From contig JBFEVX010000007.1 of the NCBI GenBank assembly GCA_041546685.1, positions 1,759 through 65,758 of the forward strand: a DNA stretch of 64,000 nt, given 5' to 3'. Positions 17,797 to 27,039 of this stretch are shown piece after piece. A program made the position numbers and the translations under genes. A model generated the notes under the pieces. It was not told the DNA's origin. It worked only from the letters and a program-made list of their open reading frames with translations, and searched no databases. Source of the DNA: Bacteriovoracaceae bacterium (GTDB lineage: Bacteria > Bdellovibrionota > Bacteriovoracia > Bacteriovoracales > Bacteriovoracaceae). The stretch's first letter is position 1. Each line of letters opens with the position of its first letter.

Positions 17797-18567
17797 TCAT
17801 CGATCGCAACTGGTGGCAAATAAACTCAGTGCAAGACTCTTTGAGACAGTTTGAGCGTTTTCAGTATCTTCGACTGAAAAAGTCAACTTTCCGAAGTAAC
17901 TTTCCCCTGTTTCGTAACCCCTCGCGACAAGAATATGTCTGTCATTAAGTTTTCGCGTCACAGTAAATATGGAGTCCTTTTGACTCCATGCCCACTCATG
18001 ATCAAAGGCTCGACAAGATTTTTCATCGCATGTTACCTCGTCAACTTTTGCATTCGAAAGTTTTCCCATGTCCACTAAGAAATGCAGAAACTTTTTAAGA
18101 AGCGTCCTCTGCTCTTTCCCATTTTTCATTTGCCTGGTCTGAGTGAGTAATCTTCCATAGAACTTCCCATTGACCTTTAGCTCGTCACTCCAATCAAGCT
18201 CAATCAACTCTTCCCCGTGTACAGGGATATTGAAAGCAAGCTGCCAATTCTTCTTTTCTTGATCGAGTATGGATTCATAACGGAAGAGATACTTGTTGTT
18301 TCGAAGCTGGATTCTGCCCTTTCCCTCTCCGGAAAAACAGAATTTACTTACAGATTCATGAAACTGTTTGTTTGCTGATAAATTTTGGGATTTAAAATGA
18401 GAACAGGAGGAGAAGAGTACTGAAAGGAGAATTAATTGGAAGAAGGAGCGTCCGTTGTCCGGGGCTCCTTCACTACTTCTTTTTTGTCTTTTGAAGCTGG
18501 TAGTCTGACATTTTCCAAATCTTCCAACTCTTTCAGGACATCTTGTTTTTCGCTCTCTAGTTTGCAA
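17797..18567 (-). CDS. Putative lipoprotein, start codon uncertain
   Basis: The ORF contains a lipoprotein-like signal FFQLILLSVLFSSC. The only in-frame ATG/GTG/TTG upstream is a TTG at 18567, which adds 40+ basic residues and overlaps the TPR gene by 136 nt. Confidence 0.5.
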   Translation of the reverse strand: MQTRERKTRCPERVGRFGKCQTTSFKRQKRSSEGAPDNGRSFFQLILLSVLFSSCSHFKSQNLSANKQFHESVSKFCFSGEGKGRIQLRNNKYLFRYESILDQEKKNWQLAFNIPVHGEELIELDWSDELKVNGKFYGRLLTQTRQMKNGKEQRTLLKKFLHFLVDMGKLSNAKVDEVTCDEKSCRAFDHEWAWSQKDSIFTVTRKLNDRHILVARGYETGESYFGKLTFSVEDTENAQTVSKSLALSLFATSCDR

Positions 18568-20309
18568 TGCTTCAAAGCCTCCATATAAAATTTCTTGGCT
18601 TCGTCGTATTTTTCCATTTCCTTGTAGATAATGGCAAGGTGCTTCGTGATGACAACATCATCCTTAACTAACTCCCAAGCCTTTTTGATCTCTTTGAGAG
18701 CAAGATCAAGTTTTCCGACCTTATAGTAGTACCAACCAAGCGAGTCTCTGATGAAGCCATCTTCTGGCTTAAGATCAACAGCTTTCTTGATTAAGACATA
18801 GGCCTTGTCCAAATCTTCATTTCTCTCAAGCATTGAGTAACCAAGGAAGTTCAGCGCATGAGGATTCTCTGGGTTTTTCTCAATCATCTTTTCAATGATG
18901 TCTCTGGCTTCATCGAATTTCTTATCTTTTTCATACAAAGAAGCTCTGTAATACTCGTGGCCTTCAGTAAAACCTTCGTGTGACTTCAAATCATCGAGAG
19001 TATCAATGGCTTTACCAAATTGGCTTTTGCCTTCCCAGTAACCAGTCAACATAACTCCAAGTTCCAACTTGAGTTTGTCATCACTCTTAGATTTCTCAGT
19101 TACAAAATCAACGAATTTCGTTTCTTCATCCGGCTTGCTTTGTGCCATGGCCTGTAACATCTGAGCAATCTGAACATGCGAATCATGAAATAGCGTGCTC
19201 GCACTTTCGATTTTCGAGAAATAGTTTATAGCATCATGGAACTTATCAATCTGCTGATAAAGACTTCCAAGATAGTAGAGAATCTTGTCTGAAGCTGGAA
19301 CTGCTTCAAGGATTTCCTTGAAAACACCTATCGCATCAGAAAATCTCTTTTTGTCAGTATAAAGGATTCCAAGTCTGACTTTCAGATTGAGATCTGACTG
19401 ATCGAGGCTTGAAAGCTTCTCTGCATAACTAACAACCTTATCATACTTTCCTGTCGCAAAAAGAATCTGAACAAGTCTTGAAAGAACTGGAAAGTTTTCA
19501 GCCTCGACTTTGAGAAACTTCTCATAAACAGCGATGGCCTTGTCATACTGCTCTTTCTCTTCATGGAGGAGACCGATTGCAATGACTGACTGATGATAAT
19601 TCTTATCGACTTTCAATGAGTGCTTGAAATACTTCATCGCACTTTTCTTGTTACCTTCATCAACTGCCATCTTCCCTTTAAAGTAGCTGAAGATCGCTTT
19701 ACCTTTCATCTTTGCTTCACAACGATCAAGAAGTTTGTAAGCTTGCTTCTTGTCTTTATTTAGAGCATAGGACTTGGCGAGAAAGACACAGGCTTCTTCA
19801 CTCTTAGGGTGATCTTTCATCACTGACAAATAAGTGACTCTAGCTTCCTTGGTTTTATCAAGAGCTGTATAAACACCACCGAGAATAAGACCTACGTTTT
19901 CATCTTTCTCAGCTTTGTAGACATCATGAAGTAGTGGTTCACTGGCTTCGAGGTCACCTACTCTGATCAATTCAACGGCATACTTCTTTTTTATATAAAC
20001 TTCATTTGGAACAAGATTGTAGACATGCTTGTAAAGAAAAACTGCTGTTTGTGCATCACCCCTGATGGATGCATCTGTCGCTTTCAAATAAAGGTCGGTA
20101 GCGAGATAGCGTACGGCCTCTGGACCAGACTTCTTCGCTTCTTCTGCAAGCTTATCAAGTTTGGCCGAAGCCTGTTTCAAAGCTTCGCCAGGATCGATTT
20201 CTGCAACTGGAGTTTCGACTTTCTGAATGTCTTTTGATTTCGACCCAGTCGCACATGAAACCAAAAGCGTCATAGGCAACAAAAGAATCAGGATCGTAGC
20301 TTTATTCAT
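18432..20309 (-). CDS. TPR-repeat lipoprotein
   Basis: Signal MNKATILILLLPMTLLVSC when started at the ATG at 20309, which is preceded by GGAAAGGA; the track start is 20318. Multiple 34-aa TPR-like repeats run throughout. Confidence 0.8.
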   Translation of the reverse strand: MNKATILILLLPMTLLVSCATGSKSKDIQKVETPVAEIDPGEALKQASAKLDKLAEEAKKSGPEAVRYLATDLYLKATDASIRGDAQTAVFLYKHVYNLVPNEVYIKKKYAVELIRVGDLEASEPLLHDVYKAEKDENVGLILGGVYTALDKTKEARVTYLSVMKDHPKSEEACVFLAKSYALNKDKKQAYKLLDRCEAKMKGKAIFSYFKGKMAVDEGNKKSAMKYFKHSLKVDKNYHQSVIAIGLLHEEKEQYDKAIAVYEKFLKVEAENFPVLSRLVQILFATGKYDKVVSYAEKLSSLDQSDLNLKVRLGILYTDKKRFSDAIGVFKEILEAVPASDKILYYLGSLYQQIDKFHDAINYFSKIESASTLFHDSHVQIAQMLQAMAQSKPDEETKFVDFVTEKSKSDDKLKLELGVMLTGYWEGKSQFGKAIDTLDDLKSHEGFTEGHEYYRASLYEKDKKFDEARDIIEKMIEKNPENPHALNFLGYSMLERNEDLDKAYVLIKKAVDLKPEDGFIRDSLGWYYYKVGKLDLALKEIKKAWELVKDDVVITKHLAIIYKEMEKYDEAKKFYMEALKHCKLESEKQDVLKELEDLENVRLPASKDKKEVVKEPRTTDAPSSN

Positions 20310-20843
20310 CTGAATCATTCCTTTCCATAGGATTATACGGCTCCATACCTGAAGCCCCTATTTATCATCTTTTCGACCCTTTTTATAAAAGTCTTAGATA
20401 AAGCTGGTGCGTCCTTTAAACTGGTACCCGAGCGGAAAGAATTACCTTCAAATGCGAGTATTTGAGCTTTAAACACGGTTTTTGTACGAGATTCGGTCTT
20501 TTTAGTCATTTTTGTAAGTACTAAGAATCACATAGTTTTAAAAAAATTTGTGCAGTGTAGGCTGATTTTAAGCCGCTTTATGTTGACAGCATCATTTCGA
20601 AATTGCTAATTCATTGGGTCGTTAGCTTAAGCAAAGCATTAAGTGTGGTGCGTGGCCCACTTAGCAGTGTGTAAACTGTTGAAATCTTAAGGGTTTCTTA
20701 ACAGTGTCTTCACAAATGTCGCAAGGCAGTGAAAATTCTACACAACACGTTAAAATCCACGGATCGCATGCTATAAGCACAACGGATTTGAAATTTATAA
20801 GTTTGTAAGTAAACAAAACTTGCATCCAAAAATAGGGGAAAGA

Positions 20844-21242
20844 ATGATGAATGACGTTAGAATTATCAAAAGGTACCAAAACAGAAAGCTTTATGACACA
20901 CATCAAAGCTGTTACGTGACTCTTGAAGAGATCGCTCAGATCATCAGAGAAGGTCATGAGATTCAGGTTATCGACAACAAAACTAAGAACGACATCACAT
21001 ACATGACTCAAATTCAGCTTCTTTTTGATCAAGAAAGAAAATCAACTAAAGCTGGTGATGTTGAGCTTCTTAAAAGAGTTATCAGAAGCACTGAAGGTAC
21101 TTTCACTGGATATATCAGAAGCCTTGAAGGTGTTGAAGCTCCTGAAGCTACTACTGAGACAACTGCTACTGAAGGTTTCAAGCCTTTCATGCAGAACACA
21201 GATCTTAATACAACAATTGAAACTCCAAGCACTTTGAACTAA
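20844..21242 (+). CDS. phaR: PhaR-type (PHA synthesis repressor family) DNA-binding protein
   Basis: The N-terminus RIIKRYQNRKLYDTHQSCYVTLEEIAQIIREG matches the PHB/PHA accumulation regulator DNA-binding domain. The ATG at 20844 is preceded by GGGGAAAG; the track ORF begins at TTG 20820. Confidence 0.75.
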   Translation: MMNDVRIIKRYQNRKLYDTHQSCYVTLEEIAQIIREGHEIQVIDNKTKNDITYMTQIQLLFDQERKSTKAGDVELLKRVIRSTEGTFTGYIRSLEGVEAPEATTETTATEGFKPFMQNTDLNTTIETPSTLN

Positions 21243-21286
21243 GCTTAGAGAGGTTGTATTAATCCTTTTAAAGGGATCTGGTAAAA

Positions 21287-21937
21287 ATGCCTTTTACATT
21301 TAATCTCAATAGAAAGCTGGTTCCGATCATAGCATTTATGATTGGAACCAGTTTTGCTTTTGGCGCAGAACAAGCTCCATCCAAAGAAGAATCCAAAAAA
21401 CCTGAACCTCGTGCTGCCACTCCGGAACCTAGAGTTCCAGGCGGAGTCAAAGTACACTCTGTAGGTATAGGTGTCGGTCAGACATTTCTTAGAGGAAAGT
21501 TTGATGACTATGGTGAAGACAAAATCACTTGGGACCTTCTTTATACTTATTCTGCAAGCCACTCTTTTGATTTCATTGCCGACTTTCACTCAAACAAGCA
21601 CTCGTTCAGACAACAATGGGTCAGAACCACAGGGCTTGGGCTTGGGATCAAAGCTAAAGTTTATCAATTCGATGCTTTTGCTCCATTTGCTACCGGTGGT
21701 CTTGGTTTTTATCAACCTAAGGTCAGAAGGTACGTCAACGGAGTCCTTACAGATTCTGAAACCAAGACTTCTTTCGGCTGGCACGCAGGTGTTGGTGCAG
21801 AACTAAGACTCAACAGAAACTTCACAACAGGACTTTTAGCAAAGCTTCACAATCCCTTTGATGTCAAACAAGAATATGGGCCTGAAGTTGAAGGTTCTTA
21901 TGCCAAGTTGATGATCACTGGGATGTACTCTTTCTAA
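21287..21937 (+). CDS. Small outer-membrane beta-barrel protein
   Basis: Signal peptide ending SFAFGAEQ, alternating hydrophobic beta-strand pattern, aromatic girdle residues and a C-terminal ...GMYSF ending in Phe. Confidence 0.7.
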   Translation: MPFTFNLNRKLVPIIAFMIGTSFAFGAEQAPSKEESKKPEPRAATPEPRVPGGVKVHSVGIGVGQTFLRGKFDDYGEDKITWDLLYTYSASHSFDFIADFHSNKHSFRQQWVRTTGLGLGIKAKVYQFDAFAPFATGGLGFYQPKVRRYVNGVLTDSETKTSFGWHAGVGAELRLNRNFTTGLLAKLHNPFDVKQEYGPEVEGSYAKLMITGMYSF

Positions 21938-21940
21938 GAG

Positions 21941-22750
21941 ATGAACTCCCACGATGTTCCACGGCTTATTGTTGTCACAGGTAAGGGTGGTGTCGGTAAA
22001 ACGTCACTAGCACTTGCTATTACTAAACAACTCCACGAATCCGGAGTCAAAGTTCTCTATAATAGCTTTGACCAGATCACTAATGAAAAACTATCTGATC
22101 AGATGGAACTCCCGTATTGGGAAATGAGTACCGCCAAGTCTGCTGAAACCTACATTGCCAAAAAACTTGGAAGTGAGATGGTAGCTGGATGGATTATGAA
22201 AACTCCATTCTTCAAATCACTCTTCAATATGATTCCAGGACTTGGAATGATGATTCTTCTGGGCCACATCATTGAAAAACTTCAAAACGATCCAGACCTC
22301 CATATTGTAATGGACTCCCCTTCAAGTGGACATGCCATCACGATGTTCGAATCGTCTCACAACTTTAAAGAAATGTTCGGTAAAGGAATGATTGTCGACG
22401 ATATCAATCGCATGCATCAGTTCATCTATAATGAAAAGCGACTCAAGAGTATTGTTGTCACTCTCCCAACATTGATGGCAGTGAATGAAGGAATTGAGCT
22501 TCGAAAAAGCCTCAATGATCTTGAAATTACCGATGTCAGCTTGATTGTAAATGATGCAATCCATTTAGCGGAAGAACTAGTTGGACAGGAAGAAGAGCTC
22601 CCTGATTTTCTTTCAAAGAAAGTCGCTATGGAAAAAGAAGTCGTAAGTGAATTCGAAGGCGAATTTGCCAAAATTCTTCCTCACCTCTCTACTTCTAATG
22701 AAGTGGAAAATATCAAAGGTCTCACCAAACATTTGGAGGGACTATGGTAG
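21941..22750 (+). CDS. ArsA/Get3-family P-loop ATPase (divergent, short)
   Basis: Deviant Walker A VVTGKGGVGKTS and DSPSSGHA in place of the ArsA signature DTAPTGHT. Starts 3 nt after the OMP gene. Confidence 0.7.
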   Translation: MNSHDVPRLIVVTGKGGVGKTSLALAITKQLHESGVKVLYNSFDQITNEKLSDQMELPYWEMSTAKSAETYIAKKLGSEMVAGWIMKTPFFKSLFNMIPGLGMMILLGHIIEKLQNDPDLHIVMDSPSSGHAITMFESSHNFKEMFGKGMIVDDINRMHQFIYNEKRLKSIVVTLPTLMAVNEGIELRKSLNDLEITDVSLIVNDAIHLAEELVGQEEELPDFLSKKVAMEKEVVSEFEGEFAKILPHLSTSNEVENIKGLTKHLEGLW

Positions 22751-23799
22751 TAAATCCAAAGCCAATCGAAATCTTCTGCGGGACCGGAGGCGTTGGAAAA
22801 ACAACTCTAGCGACCTCTCGAGCACTGGAACTTGCAAGCCAAAACAAAAAAGTTCTCTTAATCACTATCGATCCGGCTAAAAGGCTCAAACAGATTCTCG
22901 GACTTGAAAATACAGAAGCTGGTGAAGTTCAAACTATCAGCTCAAATATTTTTCCAGGTTATGAACAAAATGAATTCTCTTTTGACGCTCTTTTAATGTC
23001 TCCAAGGGCCACACTTAGAAGAATGAAATGGGAAGCTGGGACAGAAAGAGAATTTGAAAATCCCATTATTGATATTTTGGCGCGTCCGAATGGTGGAATG
23101 AATGAAATCATGGCCATCATTGAAGTCCAGCATCATCTAGGTAAACAGAACTACGATACGATTGTTCTGGATACACCTCCAGGTAAACATTTCATCGACT
23201 TTTTACAGGCCTCGCTGAAGATCAAACAATTTTTCGACAAAAGCTTTATTGAGATCTTCAAGTTTCTTGGAAAGAAATTTCAACGAAGTTCAGAAAAAGA
23301 AGGTACTGGCTTTTTGGCCATGATTGTCTCTTCAGGGGTCAAAAAGCTTCTCAAATACCTACAAAAAGTAACTGGAGAAGAGTTTGTAGAGACCTTTGTC
23401 GACGCCGTTGTGGCCATTTATAAAAACCGCGACTCCTTTCTCGAAGCCCTTAAGTTTCAGGATCGTTTGAGACAAATCGAAAACTCCAACTGGTTCTTAG
23501 TGACTTCGGTTGAGCAGCATAAAATTGACGAAGCTAACACTCTGCACAGTCATGCCGTGGAGTTCATGCACGGCGACAGCTATCTCTGTATAAATAAATG
23601 TCTTAGAAGCCATCTCGAAGACTGGAATCCATCAAACTCACAATATCTACACGTTCGTAACTCTATGCTAGACAGAGAAAATAAGATAAAAGAGTTCGCA
23701 AGTAGAAACTTCGAAAAAGTCATCGATTTTCCAGAAGTTCTCGGTACTTCTCCCGCTCAACACGTGAGCGAGTTGGCCGAAGCCTGGAAGATGTCCTGA
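22744..23799 (+). CDS. ArsA/Get3-family P-loop ATPase (divergent)
   Basis: Walker A FCGTGGVGKTTLA and DTPPGKHFIDFL in place of DTAPTGHT. A 7-nt overlap links it to the preceding ATPase gene. Confidence 0.7.
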   Translation: MVVNPKPIEIFCGTGGVGKTTLATSRALELASQNKKVLLITIDPAKRLKQILGLENTEAGEVQTISSNIFPGYEQNEFSFDALLMSPRATLRRMKWEAGTEREFENPIIDILARPNGGMNEIMAIIEVQHHLGKQNYDTIVLDTPPGKHFIDFLQASLKIKQFFDKSFIEIFKFLGKKFQRSSEKEGTGFLAMIVSSGVKKLLKYLQKVTGEEFVETFVDAVVAIYKNRDSFLEALKFQDRLRQIENSNWFLVTSVEQHKIDEANTLHSHAVEFMHGDSYLCINKCLRSHLEDWNPSNSQYLHVRNSMLDRENKIKEFASRNFEKVIDFPEVLGTSPAQHVSELAEAWKMS

Positions 23800-23820
23800 T
23801 CCAAAAAACTCAAAAGGGAG

Positions 23821-25212
23821 TTGACCATGATGAAGGGAGCCAAGGCCAACGTACTTGAAGCGATTGGCGGAACACCTATTGTAAAACTTAACAAAGTCGC
23901 AGCTGACGTTGAGAGTGAAATCTACGTCAAGCTCGAATACATGAATCCAGGCGGGTCGACCAAAGATAGAATTGGTGCCTACATGCTTGACCAAGCAGTC
24001 AAAGACGGAAGGCTCAAGCCAGGCGGAACGATCATCGAGGGAACTTCGGGGAATACCGGTGTCGGTCTTGCTATGTGGGCCGTGGTCAATGGATACAAAT
24101 GTATTTTCGTTCTTGCTGACAAACAGTCTAAAGAGAAAATCGACAACCTTAGGGCATTCGGAGCAAAAGTAGTTGTTTGTCCGACAAATGTTGAGCCAGA
24201 TGATCCTAGATCTTACTATTCCGTTTCAAAAAGATTGAGTGAGACAATTCCAAATTCTTTTTACGTCAACCAATACGACAACTTGGACAACAGAATGACC
24301 CACTACACATGGACTGCTCCAGAAATATACGAGCAGACCGGTGGTGATTTTGATGTTTTCATGGCGGGAATTGGTACCGGTGGTACCATTTCCGGTTGTG
24401 GGAAATACTTCAAGGAAAAAATGGGCGACAAAGTTAAAGTCATCGGTGTCGACTGTGAAGGTTCTATTGTTTATCACTACGCCAGAACAGGTGAAATGAT
24501 TGAAGCCAAGTCCTATGTTCTCGAAGGGGTTGGAGAAGACTTCATTCCAGGTAACTATGATTTTGATTACATCGATGAGTATGAAGTTGTTGGCGACAAA
24601 GAAAGTTTTCTTATGACCAGAAGACTACTCAAACAAGAAGGTATTTATGCTGGTGGTTCCGCAGGAGCTGCTGTTCTTGGTGCCATCAAATATGCAAGAA
24701 AACTTAAAGAGCCTAAAAAGATCCTTATCCTACTTCACGATTCAGGAAACAGATACGCTTCCAAAATATTCAACGACGATTGGATGAGTGACAATGGCTA
24801 TCTGGATTCTTCATTCAACGTTCAGATCAGCGAAATTCTCAAATACCTCGGTAAAGAAGAAATCAACGTCTATACCATCCCTGACACTGCCACAATTGGT
24901 GATGCCATCAAGATGTTTGACGAAAAAGGTATTTCTCAATTACCTGTGATTGGAGAAGGAACCATTAAGGGTGTTGTTGCCGAGAAAGATCTTCTTAAAC
25001 CGGTATTCCAGGGAGCCTATAGTCTTTCAGACTCAATCTCTCTAGCGACATCAAATAAATTCACAACGATCGACTGCAACCAACTTCTCTCTGATGTGAC
25101 TGACAGTTTGATCAAAAAGGAGATTGTTCTTGTCACAAAAGAAGGAAAACTTTGCAACGTCCTTACTGACATCGACATTCTTCATTTCATCAACGACAAG
25201 GAAAGCAACTAA
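23821..25212 (+). CDS. Cystathionine beta-synthase (PLP domain + C-terminal CBS pair)
   Basis: PLP fold-type II N-terminal domain (NPGGSTKDR, GTSGNTG) followed by a CBS-domain pair (ATIGDAIKMFDEKGISQLPVI...). The start may be ATG 23827. Confidence 0.85.
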   Translation: MTMMKGAKANVLEAIGGTPIVKLNKVAADVESEIYVKLEYMNPGGSTKDRIGAYMLDQAVKDGRLKPGGTIIEGTSGNTGVGLAMWAVVNGYKCIFVLADKQSKEKIDNLRAFGAKVVVCPTNVEPDDPRSYYSVSKRLSETIPNSFYVNQYDNLDNRMTHYTWTAPEIYEQTGGDFDVFMAGIGTGGTISGCGKYFKEKMGDKVKVIGVDCEGSIVYHYARTGEMIEAKSYVLEGVGEDFIPGNYDFDYIDEYEVVGDKESFLMTRRLLKQEGIYAGGSAGAAVLGAIKYARKLKEPKKILILLHDSGNRYASKIFNDDWMSDNGYLDSSFNVQISEILKYLGKEEINVYTIPDTATIGDAIKMFDEKGISQLPVIGEGTIKGVVAEKDLLKPVFQGAYSLSDSISLATSNKFTTIDCNQLLSDVTDSLIKKEIVLVTKEGKLCNVLTDIDILHFINDKESN

Positions 25213-26378
25213 TGGCCGGAAAAAATAAAGAATTGCATTTTTCAAGCAAAGTGATTCATGTTGGTGGTGAGCCTGACAAAGAAACTGGCGCCATCATGCC
25301 TCCGATCTATCAAACATCTACTTATGTACAAAGCTCACCTGGAGTTCATAAGGGATATGAGTATTCACGTTCGCACAATCCGACTAGAACCAGACTTGAA
25401 GAATGTCTTGCCTCTTTGGAAAACGGAAAATATGCATTGGTTACATCATCAGGTCTTTCAGCGGCCATGCTTGTCATGCACATGCTTGGTGCTGGTGAAA
25501 AGGTTCTCTGTGGAGATGACCTTTATGGTGGGACTTATAGAAAGTTCACTACTATCTTCCATGAACTTCATAACTTTGATTTCATCGACATGACTGATCT
25601 TAAAGCTCTTGAAGCAAGAATCAAGGAATTCAAGCCTGGTTTGATCTGGCTGGAAAGCCCTACTAATCCAATGTTGAAAATTACTGATATTCAGGCAGTA
25701 TGCAAATTGGCGAAAAAATATAACTGCAAGACATTAGTCGACAATACTTTCATGAGCCCGTACTTCCAAAAGCCATTGGATCTGGGTGCAGACATTGTTC
25801 TTCACTCAATGACAAAATATATTAATGGTCACTCAGATGTTGTTGGTGGTTGTTTAATCACTAGTAACAAGAAAATGTATGACAAACTTTGGTATCTTCA
25901 AAACTCTATTGGTCCATCACAAAGTCCATTTGACAGTTGGTTGGTACTAAGAGGAATCAAGACACTTGCACTGAGGATGAAGGCCCATGAAGAAAATGCA
26001 AAGAAGATCGCGGCATGGCTTGAAAAACATCCTCAGGTCGAAAAAGTCATCTACCCTGGACTTAAGTCTCATCCACAGCACAAGATTGCAAAGAAGCAAC
26101 AATCTGGTTTTGGTGGGATGATCACTTTCTTTTTGAAAGGAAATCTAGCGAAGAGTAAGAAGTTCTTATCAAAAGTACACTTGTTTGCCTTGGCAGAAAG
26201 TCTTGGTGGTGTTGAAAGTTTGATTGAGCACCCAGCGATCATGACCCACGCTTCAGTTCCTAAAGCAAACAGAGAAGCTCTGGGGATTCATGACAATTTG
26301 ATCCGACTTTCAGTTGGTGTGGAAGACGTCGATGACTTGATTGCAGATCTCGACGCCGCCTTTAAAGCCGTTAAATAA
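25212..26378 (+). CDS. Cystathionine gamma-lyase / Cys-Met metabolism PLP enzyme
   Basis: 388 aa. PLP-lysine motif HSMTKYINGHSDVVGG. A TAATG overlap links it to the CBS gene, which fits reverse transsulfuration. Confidence 0.85.
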   Translation: MAGKNKELHFSSKVIHVGGEPDKETGAIMPPIYQTSTYVQSSPGVHKGYEYSRSHNPTRTRLEECLASLENGKYALVTSSGLSAAMLVMHMLGAGEKVLCGDDLYGGTYRKFTTIFHELHNFDFIDMTDLKALEARIKEFKPGLIWLESPTNPMLKITDIQAVCKLAKKYNCKTLVDNTFMSPYFQKPLDLGADIVLHSMTKYINGHSDVVGGCLITSNKKMYDKLWYLQNSIGPSQSPFDSWLVLRGIKTLALRMKAHEENAKKIAAWLEKHPQVEKVIYPGLKSHPQHKIAKKQQSGFGGMITFFLKGNLAKSKKFLSKVHLFALAESLGGVESLIEHPAIMTHASVPKANREALGIHDNLIRLSVGVEDVDDLIADLDAAFKAVK

Positions 26379-26379
26379 T

Positions 26380-27039
26380 TTAGAAATCAGCTCCCTGATT
26401 TGATGTAGATTGGGGAGTTGCTTCAGCTTCTGGAGTAACAGAAGTTTCTTCAGCCGCTTTCGTAGATTCGGCAACACCGTCACCTGGATTCGACTTGAGC
26501 TCAGATGGAGCAATCAACGGAATACCATTCATTTTGAAACCACCTGAATGTCTTGAGAGAACTCTTCCTGAATCCAAATAGGCCTTTAAGAGTAAATACG
26601 AACAATAGATTCGTCCGTGATCAGTAGAAATATCCTCTTTCTCACCTTTGGCAAAAATCAACCCATCATCCTGAATCACATCTTCAATAAATCGAAGTTC
26701 CTTGCAGAATTCTCCCTTGGATTTTTTTTCGCACTCACCTTCACGCTTGAGAACTTCAACGGCCCCCACTCCTGATTTGATATGAACAGGAGCACGACAA
26801 ACATCAATAACATACTTCTTCTTCATGAATTTAAGTTTTTCATGTTCAATTGTAATGACACAATTTTCTTTACCAATCTTTATGATATTTTTAGTCAAGC
26901 CAAACGGTTTCCCTTTATGACTTACAGATGTAGAAAAATTGCTATTAAGACATTCCATTTCATCAAATGCAGAGAATGCAGTGGAGGTCGCAAAGAACAA
27001 AAGCAAAGTTATAATCACATTAGACTTGGACAATGACAT
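26380..27039 (-). CDS. Secreted Cys-containing hypothetical protein
   Basis: 219 aa. Signal peptide ...TSTAFSA, eight Cys, and a C-terminal low-complexity T/E/A tail. Confidence 0.6.
   Translation of the reverse strand: MSLSKSNVIITLLLFFATSTAFSAFDEMECLNSNFSTSVSHKGKPFGLTKNIIKIGKENCVITIEHEKLKFMKKKYVIDVCRAPVHIKSGVGAVEVLKREGECEKKSKGEFCKELRFIEDVIQDDGLIFAKGEKEDISTDHGRIYCSYLLLKAYLDSGRVLSRHSGGFKMNGIPLIAPSELKSNPGDGVAESTKAAEETSVTPEAEATPQSTSNQGADF

Noticed and set aside
18432-18567. Programmed frameshift fusing the TPR lipoprotein to the downstream ORF
   Set aside because: A fusion would place a second lipobox signal in the middle of a mature protein, which makes no biological sense. I saw no slippery heptamer. 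Start-site ambiguity or an indel is more likely.
20661-21032. Track ORF (123 aa, minus strand) in the phaR upstream region
   Set aside because: It overlaps the well-supported phaR N-terminus on the opposite strand. It has no RBS and a Cys/Phe/Leu-rich junk-like sequence.
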